DNA from: Gekko japonicus | Lineage: Eukaryota | Direction of reading: 5' to 3' | NCBI RefSeq assembly: GCF_001447785.1 | Contig: NW_015163111.1 | Span: forward strand, 1 to 64,000 | DNA: 64,000 nt | Shown here: piece by piece, positions 52,819 through 64,000 of the stretch | How the letters are laid out: each line of letters starts with the position of its first letter | Position numbering within the stretch: the stretch's first letter is position 1 | Notes under the pieces: generated by a model | The model's input: only the letters and a program-made list of their open reading frames with translations | What the model was told of the DNA's origin: nothing | Database searches by the model: none | Made by a program: the position numbers and the translations under genes

Positions 52819-53808
52819 CTAGAAGAAGCAGGGAAAAATGAGCACAGATGGTATCAGTCTAGAAAGATGCAGTTAAAAGGCTCCATCCATTCAACTACTC
52901 AACTTCCCAACTGCAACAAGAGCAATATGGATGGTTGGATCATAGTGGAGATAACATAAATGAGGACCAGTGAAATTACTGATTTCTTTTTGCATGGCCT
53001 TTTAATATTTCCCCACTACCTAAAACAGCAACAAATGTCTTATCTTCAGATAGCCTTTTGGTTTCCTCAGTAAGCAATCTCCGCCTGTCATCTACAGGAA
53101 GACCACCAAGGAGAGTCTGCCAGCATGTTCTCAAATCATGAGGATGCAGGTGAGGTCCACGGGCCTCAGTGTTTCCCCATGGAAAATAAATGCACATCCA
53201 TGCTGACCACTTCCCTATTGTTTTTCACTGCAGGAGAAGATCACTAAAGGCAGGCAACTTGTTACTTGCTACCATTACCGTTCTTCTTATCAAGGAAACC
53301 CAGATCATCTTCTAGAGATCCTCAGAATACAGTTTGAAAAGCCACATTCTTCAAGCGTGTGCTGAAGCTTATGTGTCTTTCCCATTCCATTTTTAAAATC
53401 TGCATTAGCCCAGTTCCACAGAGAGACTGGCTGCCTCCTGCCGCACCATCTGCTCTTGTTTTGTGTTTGTTAGGGGAACATGACGTGAACTTATGTGATT
53501 TTCCTGCAGTAACAAACAACTCTCGGGACCTGCCAAAACTGGCACTTGCATGGCTCTGAAAATCCATGGCTGTATCCCTTTTTCAGGGCTGCCTTCAAAG
53601 GTGTGGCAATTCTGTGCTGTTTTGCCTTTTTTTGGTCTTTTTGAAAGGATCAATAGAAAAGGGGTCTTGTCTACATTTCTGAATTTATGAAAAAGGAACA
53701 GAGACTTCTCTTGCTGTGATCAGATGACATGGTTAAACACCCCTCAGTCTTGTGATCCCTTTCTGTTACTTATTTGGCATCAACAACTAATACAATAAGT
53801 CCTTCTTT

Positions 53809-54579
<771 letters not shown>

Positions 54580-56553
54580 TCAGAAAAAGAAAAGAAAAGA
54601 AACAAGAGGCACAGGTTGGAAATAATAGTTAGAATCTTGTGTGAAAGCATCAGATCGAAGTGGAATACAGGCATGGAATTTCCATGCGTATGTGTGTGTT
54701 TGAAATATGTGTGATGATTTTTGCCAGTTCCTCCTTCTCACAGGAGACCCCTGATTCCTCCCCCAGCTATTCCTGGGAATCCCCAGGAGCGGCATTTTGG
54801 GGATGGTTTGTGTCAAGATGTTCCCAAGTATCCTAATGGGGCAAGCCGTCTCTTCAGGTCTTCCCCACCACAAGTCTTTTCTTGAATGGCTGCTGGCGGG
54901 CTGGTTTTAAAAAGGTGCATTTCCAAGAGCTGATTCTCCAGCACCATCATACATATTCTTGATGTGTAGAAATCATAGTCGTCAGATGTTCTGTTACAAA
55001 AACAAACACCCCACCACCACTTTATAAAGTGAGGCCAAAATGTTCAACATAGTAGGAACTGAACATTAAATCCCCACTGGCTGTATGTTTCACCATGCCA
55101 TACAAAGTTAGTTTCCATGGGTCCCTACCCAAAAGTGTTGAGCCCAAACAATAGCATCTTCATCCGCTCAAAACTCATGATCCTTGAATGTCTCTGTCCT
55201 TTCCTATTGCTGTTCCTTATGCCTGGAACTCCCTCCTAAACATGTCCTCCATATTGTTCTTCCTTCAGTTCATTTAGCAAACCTGACCTTTTCTATTAAG
55301 GCAACGGTGTAAGCCAGACTTCAGTTGTAACCTAACTGTAGATGAAATACGATTTCATCCCTTGGTAGTTCTTCCTTTTCTCTCCCTCCTGTGCCTCTCT
55401 CATCCCTCTGTCATCTTGCTCTCTGTCAGCATTAAAATGATGATGCTTCAGGGCACATGTCTGGGGTTTTTTGTTCATTTGTTTTTGTTTGGTTAATGCA
55501 GCTTTGTATAAGTTCCACCTACAAAACTGGTGCTAAAATTGCAAATGAGAAAATCTGAATACTTGAACATTTGACTTTTGCCAACATTACATTGCCAGAC
55601 TATACTGAATGGGCACTAAAGCTGTACAATATTCTTAAGCAAATGGTAGCAGTTGTAATACAATCTTATGGATATTAGGGGATGTGAATGTATCCCACCT
55701 GTATTATGGCCAGTTGTGCAAGTTTTTTATACTATAAGAGTATAGTGTTTTTATACTTGCTTGCCTTATAATTTTGCTCTGACTTGGCTCTGAGAAGAAA
55801 TAGCTTGGACAGGAGCTGAAATAATAAAGGAATGACCCCCCCCCCCCAGCAAACCAGACACTGTGCAGCAAAGATGACTGATGTACACCAGTGTTTCCTG
55901 TAGCAGGCATGATAAGCATGCTCAATATACCTGCAATTTTTAACAGATGCAAGTGAGTGCATTCAAGGTTCACAGATACATTGACACGATGTGGGTATAC
56001 TGTCAACATTCTATGAGCTTATTTTGGAAGATATCAGTGTACTTGCAGTAGTCTGGTTTGCTGTGCAAAGTGAGGAGCTGCCCAAAAAAGTTGGCAATGT
56101 AGATAATATTTGCAGCTGAACTCAGAAATGCTGCTGGCCAAGCAATTATTTTGTTGTTTGGGTTTTTTTTGCAGAGGATCAGTATTTAAAAAGTGTAACA
56201 TGCTATAAAGGAACATTTCACCAAAACACTGACACTTCCTTTGCCTTGATTTTGCTGCTTGGGATTAATTGATAAGGTATGTGATATAAATTGGTTTAGA
56301 TTGTTTAACATGTTACTCATATTTTTTTTAAAAAATGAAGGAATGTTGCTTTATTTCCAATTATGCTTAGTATGAATGTGTCCCAAAGACATATGCAGTT
56401 CACCACATAGTGATGGGTTTGAAAGACAAAAGAGATTTCCCATGTGATTCTCTACCCCAACAAGGATTTGACCTGTTTCACTCAATGTGTGATAAATGTG
56501 GTAGATTTCAATCCCTCTCCCATTCTGCTTCCGGACCCTTTGCCTGAGAATTA

Positions 56554-56775
<222 letters not shown>

Positions 56776-58153
56776 CTAACATGATCATTAAACCTAAAGC
56801 TACAATGGTAGACCAGGCTTACAGAAAACAGGCAATGTTTGGAACTGGCTGAGGGCCATTCTGAATAATGATTACATACACTTAAAAGTATTTTAGTTCT
56901 TATGGCATACAATAATGCATGGTATTCCAGATGAGACCACACTAGATTATTTGTTCCAGCATGGATTCTATCTGCTCACTCATGTATTCCTGAACATTCT
57001 GATCACACCATACCATTGCATCCCTGTGTTTTCCTAGGCTATTGCCATGTCCCTTTTCCCTCACATTTATTACTTTTTAGGTGGCTCACCTGGGATGGAG
57101 AAGTGATTGAAGATGGTGTTGGTGACTATCAGTGCAGTCCTAAGAACATGTTCCTGAGATAAGCCCCACTGAATAAACCTGATTGCTCTCTGTGTGTCAT
57201 TTCACCTGCTACCATCTTTTAAACATTCTCTAGCTGCTGATGGGAAGAACCTGATGAAACTGACAAGCCTTGTCAGTTTCATGGACCTTCTCCAAATTCA
57301 AAACTGAGCTAGGGACAGAGTTTAGTCATTTCTACCAGGAATGCACATAATGTTAAAAGTCTCAGTAAAACTGACACCAACCCACCCTCCAGGTCTTCAG
57401 GAATACTGGAGTGCCCAATTGAAACTAAAAAAGCTTGTCAGTTTCAGGCTTTTTTGGACTTGGTTATGAACTGTGATAAAAATCCGCGGGGGGCGGTATT
57501 GCTGGAGTTCAAGGGAATTGCTTTCCCAGCCAAAGGACATTTCATAGGATATGGATAATATATATTCACCACTGCGGAGTGGTGAATAGCATTATATGTA
57601 GCATTAGTTTAGAAAAATACACTGTTTTTGTTGTTTTTGTTTTTGTCTTCTGGAAGCATCTTCTGGCAAGTGTCTTTTCAGTGGTAAAAGCACAATATCT
57701 GACACACAGAGAAAGTAAATGGGAGGAATATAGTTTGGCAGCTGCTGTGTCGAAACCCTTGCTGGAAATAAGCAGAGAAGAGTTACATTGTTGTTCACTT
57801 TTTTTTTTTTAAACAACTTTAGATGTAAGACTGGGGTTCAGACTTGAGAAGATGGATAATATCCATGATCATATAATCAGAAGGGTTTTTTAAAAAACAA
57901 ACAAACAAACCCTTACAAATAGTAAAAGAGATAGGCACACACACCATTCCCCCAGTTTGAATCCCCCAAGATCTGAAAGTAAAGTATTACTTATTTTTCT
58001 AGCAACTGGAGAGTCTAATGTTTATGATAAGGATTAAAGACAGTAGATATTGTATCACAGCCAAGTAGAAATTGTAATACCCCGGCATGTGTTAAATTAA
58101 CCCTTCAGGAGAGGGTGGCAACAATCATATATAGGCAAAGAATCTCAGCTTAC

Positions 58154-58358
58154 TGTTGCAAACGGTTCCCAAAGTATCATAGTCTTCAAGATTGTCACAT
58201 AAAACTCGCCATTGAGAGAAGACAGAATTTTGGCTTATAAGAGAGGGATCAAAGTTGCTTCTAGCTCCCAGCAGGTCGTCTGTGCAGATGTCACAGGTGT
58301 TTCTACCTGTTGCAAAGTTCCAGTAGGGAAGTGCAAAAAAAGGATCCTGTAACATGTC
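58154..58358 (-). CDS. TYRP1: Tyrosinase-related protein 1, coding exon 4 (205 bp)
   Basis: Translates [68 protein letters not shown]. Acceptor ccag|GAC, donor A|gtaag. Length matches vertebrate TYRP1 exon 4. Confidence 0.97.
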
Positions 58359-59115
58359 CTGGTGGAGAGAACATGGGGTAGTTAATGGTAAGCTTCAGTG
58401 AGGTGGAGATAGATCTACCTAATCGATTCATGTATCATCACTACAGCACTTCTCTGCAGCTTCTTCTCTTGCCTTGGTTTGAATGTGGAATCAATGAGAT
58501 GGGGTCTTCCCCAGTTGCTTTGGCAGGAAGAAACCACAGCATCTGCCTTGTCCACTTAGTTTGTTAGTTCCATACTTGGGGGCGGGGGCGGTTTCCATGA
58601 CACTTGCTGGCCATGTTTCATTGAGTACTGCTGAATAATCATTGACTCTAAAAAAAGATCTATGGAAGGATGGTTCAGGGATGCCAGCCTCCAGGCAGGA
58701 CCTGGGGATTCCCTGGAATTACAGAAAAACAGCTGACTACAGAGATCAATTCCCCTGGAGAAAATAGATGCTTTGGAGGGTGGACTCTGTGGTATTATAC
58801 CTCACTGAGGTTCCGGTCCTCCCTAGGCTTCACCGTGAATCTCTAGGAGTTTCCAAACTTGGATTTGTAAACCTTACTCCCCATCACCAGCTAGTGGCCA
58901 AGGGGGACCTGGCTACCCTACATGGTTCGTACAAGGGGTGTGGATGGACTGTTTAATTGGGAATTTTCCTGGTAGGCCAGTGTTGGCAAGGTGGGAGGAA
59001 TTGCCGGCTTGTTCACTGCTTGTTGCAGTGCAGTCCAAGGCTGCTCACTTGCATGGAGCAGCTTCCTCCTGGAGCACTCCAGGGTCCTTTCCACATTTGC
59101 CTGTCACTCCAGGGG

Positions 59116-59392
59116 TGATTTCTCACGAGAGCTGCCTCGCAGCACAGCACCGTTTGCCTCGACACAAACGTGTCAATTTCACACCTGAAGCTCCGGGGCT
59201 GCATTTGACTCGGGGCTTCGCCCGATTTCCTCCGCAGTTTCATGATCCTCAAAACCCAGGATCACGAAACTGCGGAGGAAATCGGGCGAAGCCCCGAGTC
59301 AAAATGCAGCCCCAGAGCTTCGGGTGTGAAATTGACACGTTTGTGTCGAGGCAAACGACGCTGTGCTGCGAGGCAGCTCTCGTGAGAAATCA
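59116..59392. mobile_element. Palindromic MITE 1 (TYRP1 intron 3)
   Basis: Near-perfect inverted repeat with arms of about 135 bp around the loop caaaaccc. Confidence 0.9.
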
Positions 59393-59407
59393 GTCCAGAT
59401 TTTCTCA

Positions 59408-59691
59408 GACCGATTTCACACAAGAGCTGCACTGCAGTTGCGCCTCCCTTTGCCCTGCTTCTATTGGTCAATTTCCCACTTGAAGCCGTGCGGCCACATT
59501 TTGACCCGTGGCTTCACCCAATTTTCGCGGCGGTTTTGTGATCCTCAAAAAACAGGAGCACGAAACCGCGGGGAAAATCGGGCAAAGCTGCGGGTCAAAA
59601 TGCAGCCACACGGCTTCGAGTGGGAAATTGACCAATAGAAGCGGGGCAAAGGGAGGCGTGACCGCGGCGCAGCTCTTGTGTGAAATTGGTC
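59408..59691. mobile_element. Palindromic MITE 2, Harbinger-like
   Basis: Inverted arms of about 135 bp, TCA on both flanks, core related to MITE 1. Confidence 0.88.
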
Positions 59692-59771
59692 TCAGTGTTT
59701 GAGTTGGGGCAATTTTAGTCCACAGCAAAACAGCATCCAAATATCCTGGGGCAACAGCTGGCTGAAACTGG

Positions 59772-60514
59772 GCTGTTCTGCAGTGAGTAGTGTTTCTTCA
59801 ACAAGTAATAAAGATGTACGCTTACACACTATGGAATTTGCATATACTCCCGTTTCACATAACAGCCTTTTCATGGTGTGCTGTGTAAATAACATTAATT
59901 TACACGTCAACAATTCTAATTTGTGAATTAATACTCAAACATTCTTCCCACTCCAATGAAACATTTGTTTCATTGGAGTGGGAAAAATGTTTGAGTGTTA
60001 TGTGAAATGGGAGTATATGCAAATTCCATAGTGTGTGTGCGTACATCTTTATTACTTGTTGACAGGGCTTTTTTTTGTAGAAAAAGCCGAGCAAAAACTC
60101 ATTAGCATAATAGGCCACACCCAACAGCAGAAACGCATTAGCATATTAGGCCGCACTCCTGACAGCACAGCTCATTAGCATATCAGGCCACACCACATGC
60201 CTTCCCTTGGCTTGCCTAGGCGCTCCGTGGCTGCGGGGAGCCCGGGCAAGCCGGCCCTTGGACAGGCTGGGGAAGGCACGGGGAGGCATTTAAAGGCCTC
60301 CCTGATCCTTCCAGCCCCCCCCTGGCCCGCCCGCCTCAGATTCTCCGGGGGTGTGTGTGTCACTCTCCAGGCCTTCCCTCTGTAGCCATGCACGCAGAGG
60401 TTTTGGCTGTAGTGGGCGTGGCCAACTCTGAAGCCAGCCAAAACTCCGTTCCTGTGCGTTCCTGCCCAAAAATAGCCTTGCTTGTTGAAGAAACACTACT
60501 CACTGCAAAACAGC
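59772..60514. mobile_element. Palindromic MITE 3, interrupted by a hAT insertion
   Basis: Left arm 59772-59863 pairs with 59995-60062 plus 60489-60514; internal hairpin at about 59932-59996. Confidence 0.85.
60063..60480. mobile_element. hAT element (same family as 39843) nested in a MITE arm
   Basis: Perfect 8-bp TSD cttgttga; ends shared with 39843-40238. Confidence 0.9.
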
Positions 60515-61429
60515 AGTCTAAATATATTTTCATAATACTACCGTTGTTTTCATCATTGTTTGCAGACCAAAGCTGAGTGGCTGGCCCCTCCAGGCTATAG
60601 CAGAACTGGTGGGCAGTTCACCCAATTGCTTCAGCCTTTGCCTGCTTTGCTTTAATGGCCACTAGCAGTACAGAGAGGAGAAGAGCAGAAGAGATCAGTC
60701 TGGTGCCAGGCAAACACACACAGTTCATACAGGTACCTGGAGTCTGTTTCGGTCCACAGATGTCCTCAAGATCCATTTTCTGTTGCTTTGCAAGGGCGAT
60801 TTGTGTGATTGTGCTGTGCCTTTTAACACTAAGTTGCTGAGATATTGAGAGAGACCCCCCCTCCATTTGGAAGCTCGGAATTTAAGGAGGGAGGAAACGT
60901 AAACCCTGAGCCTTTTCACACTACCTTTCTAAACTGAATGGTTTCTGTCATGGAGTAAACCAGTACAGGGACAGCTGTTTCACACAGTATTTATCTTCTG
61001 GTAAGGAGCTGTCTCTGAAGCACTGTGTCATTTCAAACTGTGCTGCTTTCTTTTCCTGCCACCCCCCCCCCCCACGCGCATGATCTTCCGGAGGAGTTTT
61101 TTAAAAAATGTTCTATTGGCAGCACTATAGCGCTGAAGCAGCACCATAAATCAGCACCATAGTGACCTCATTGAGGTGCCTGAACTCCATTTAGATACAT
61201 TGACATTCGCTACTGCTGTCACCTGTAAACAAGGAGCTCATTGGATACAGAGTCCATGTGTGTGTGTGGGGGGTACCGGACAATTTTGAAACCCAGGAAG
61301 CTTTTCTTAATTCCTTAACTCCCACAACACATGAAGTGTGTGTGCTTATGTGTGCGTGCCTGAGTCTACACTTCCTCTAAAGCAAATATCTGTCTCATCA
61401 TTTACTTATGCCCCTGATCTCACACTTAA

Positions 61430-62830
61430 TTTAATTTTATTTATTTAATTTGTACCCCGCCCTCCCCGGAAACAGGTTCAGGGCGGCTTACATTGGTACA
61501 CAAATAACCATTAAAATCCATATTAAAACATTTGAACAATTCAATTACAAATAGACTCGTAAAAACCTAAAATCATAAAGTGCTGGGCATATTTCATTCG
61601 ATACTTCAGATGGTGTACTGAAGAGTGCATACAGACAACAGTTTTCAGCTCAGTGATCTTCCTAAGTCATGTGGCAGCACAGGTCAAATGTCAAAGTTAA
61701 GGGCCAGGACCTATAACTACAATTCTTGGTGGTAGTAGTGAAGGTGGCTCCTTAATTGAAGGCCTGGTGGAAGAGATCCCCACCCCCAAACCGCCCCGAC
61801 TCAAGAACAGGACCTCTGTCTTCGTTGGATTCAGTTTCACCCGGCTCAGTCTAAGCCAACCAGCCACAACTTGCAGTGCCCGGTCCAGATCTTCCAGCCT
61901 GGAGTCTGACTGGCCGCCCAACATTAGGTAGAGCTGGGTGTCATCAGCGTACTGGTGACATCCCAGCTCGTGCCTCCGGGCAATCTGGGCAAGGGGGCGC
62001 ATATAGATGTTGAATAGCATTGGGGAAAGCACTGCCCCTTGAGGCACTCCACACTCCAGCAGGTGCCTCCTGGACCCTTTGTCCCCAACCTTGGAGAAAG
62101 GAAGCAAGCCATTGTAAGGCAAGCCCCTGAATTCCCATGTTGGCGAGGTGGTGGGTCAGTAACAGATGGTCAACCATGTTGAATGCAGCCGACAGGTCTA
62201 ACAACAGTACTGCTGAGCCGCCCCAATCCAGATGCCTCCGGAGGTCGTCTGTGAGGGTGACCGGTGCCGTCTCCATCCCGTGTCCCAGGCGAAATCCAGA
62301 CTGGAAGGGATCTAACATGGAAGTGTCATCCATAAAGCCCAGCAATTGTATCGTCACCGCCCTCTCAATTACTTTGCCCAAATAGGGCAAATTGGAAACT
62401 GGCCAATAGTTAGCCAATTCGGCCGGGTCCAGAGATGTTTTTTTGAGGAGAGGGTGGACCATCACTTCCTTGAGTGCCCCTGTCAACAGTCCCCCAGAGA
62501 GGGACTTGTTGATATTTTCCCTTAGGGCACCTCAAAACCCTTCATGGCCACGGTTTAATAAGCCAAGAAGGGCATGGATCAAGGCTGCACATGGTTGGGC
62601 GTACCATTGAGAGCAATCTGTCGACTTCCTCTAGCCTGAGCAGGCTGAAATGGTCCAAAACTGAGATTGAAGACGTGCATGGAGCCTCGAGTTCACTCAA
62701 CTGTGCTGTGTTTCAACTGTGCTGGGGAGGTCATGGTGGAGCAACAAGACTTTATCCGTGAAATAGCTCGCAAATGCCTTGCAGCCTATTTCCTTAAACA
62801 TGCTGTCCAATCAGCTCCTTGTTTCCAGGT
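61430..62830 (-). mobile_element. L2 LINE RT fragment, frameshifted and internally deleted
   Basis: PLLKKTSLDP..NYWPVSNLP, QSGFR, LLDLSAAF, GVPQGAVLSP and QYADDTQLY spread over two frames; AT-rich tail at about 61430. Confidence 0.92.
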
Positions 62831-63611
62831 GACAGCAGTAGTGAATGTCAGTGTATCTAAATAGAGTCCAGGCATCTCAATGGGGTTGCTATGGTGCTGA
62901 TTTGTGGTCCTGCTTCGGTGCCATGGTGCTCCCAATAGAACATAAGAAAAAAGAGGACAATCATGCATGTGGAGAAAAAGGGCGTAAAAAGTGTAATTGC
63001 AGGAAGTGCTACGGGGCATTTTACACAGCACCCCATAGCACTTCAGAAATGGAAGGAGGGATTGAAGACTGGAAGAAAGCAGTTTGAGTTAACAACACTC
63101 CAGGCACTCTTACTGAACAGGACAGAAGTGTGTTTGTCTGAACAGGTAAATATATTATTTTAGGAGCCAGTTACTAAAATGGGTCTGTCTGAAATGACAG
63201 GGGAAAAAAGTTAGTAACCAGTTCCTGAAATGGAATACTTAGGCTGTCTGAAAGGGCCATTGTTTTGCACTGAAAGTGACTTCCCCACCGGCCCCCCCCC
63301 CCCCCGTCCCTCCACTGCCAGCCTGTGAGGCAGCAGTAGGGAATGGGGGGGGATAATTCCAGGAGGTCTTCCACTATGGAAGGAGGCCTGCCTCCCCCAC
63401 ATGATATGTACTATCCTTCTAGGAACCTCCTGCCTGTACAAAGGGGCAGCTCACTCATTAAAAATGACGAAGACTGAATATTGAGAGAAAGCCAACAACA
63501 GCTAATCTTGTGAAAATGAGGGAAGGAGAGATTTTTTAAAAAACATGTTAATAGAAAACAGAAGACAAAACATCTGGTCCATGGCCTTACAGTTATGTGC
63601 CCTTTGACATA

Positions 63612-63810
63612 TATAGATAGGGGCTCTGGGGCAAGTGATGCTCTGTCTTCTTGGTGCTTGGGGGGTCAACAGTGGGAGGGCTTCTAATGTCCTGGCCCCA
63701 CTGGTGGACCTCCTGATGGCACTGGTATTTCTGGCCACTGTGTGATACAGAGTATTGGACTGGATGGGCCTTTGGCCTGATCCAACATTGACGTCTCTTA
63801 TGTTCTTATG
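63612..63810 (+). mobile_element. CR1 3'UTR-only insertion
   Basis: Nearly identical to the reverse complement of 12474-12680. Confidence 0.9.
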
Positions 63811-63853
63811 ACCTGCTAGACTTTGCCCTTCAATCTGATCAGCTACTTGCACA

Positions 63854-64000
63854 GGGCCCTGACCTGGATAGCCCAGACTATTCTGATCTCATCAGATCGT
63901 GGAACCTAAGAGGGTTGACCCTGGCTAGTATTTGGAAGGAATACCAATCCCAAGAAATTCCAAGAAATACTAGTGTTGTAATGTAGAGGCAGGCAGTGGC
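63854..64000 (+). mobile_element. 5S rRNA-derived SINE; related fragment at 27638-27715(-)
   Basis: ctgatctcatcagatcgtggaacctaagagggttgaccctggctagtatttgga is a degenerate 5S rRNA segment. Both copies share the leader gccctgacctggata. Confidence 0.7.

Noticed and set aside
59116-59691. miRNA gene or CRISPR-like array
   Set aside because: Stems are far longer than a pre-miRNA, have TIR/TSD features of MITEs, and show no repeat-spacer periodicity.
60655-60840. Plus-strand ORF containing RRAEEISLVPGKHTQF, reminiscent of TYRP1 exon 3 (RRSEEILGPDGNTPQF)
   Set aside because: Wrong strand, the match is short and does not extend to the metal-A His region; most likely chance. True exon 3 was not found in the window.
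63870-63965. 5S rRNA gene
   Set aside because: Partial and diverged, with a SINE-like leader shared with another copy.

Overview
Vertebrate genomic DNA, most likely a squamate reptile (inferred from Sauria SINEs, CR1/L2 LINEs and abundant hAT-type MITEs; possibly a gecko). It holds the syntenic TYRP1-LURAP1L block, with both genes on the minus strand. TYRP1 coding exons 4-8 lie at 58358-49303; exons 1-3 are not in the window. LURAP1L coding exon 1 and its CpG-island promoter lie at about 19.6-20.9 kb; exon 2 is not in the window. The rest is intron or intergenic DNA dense in transposons, including a young CR1 with an open 730-codon RT frame. The most notable observations are all in TYRP1. (1) Intron 6 holds a diverged copy of the transmembrane-coding start of exon 8, with its own phase-compatible acceptor, reading 104 codons without a stop into exon 7. 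(2) Intron 7 holds a promoter-like CpG island with a candidate exon that could splice in frame to exon 8. (3) Cys replaces the active-site residue equivalent to human Tyr362. (4) Intron 5 has a GC-AG donor. (5) Intron 3 has three back-to-back palindromic MITEs. All isoform ideas are inferences that need RNA evidence.
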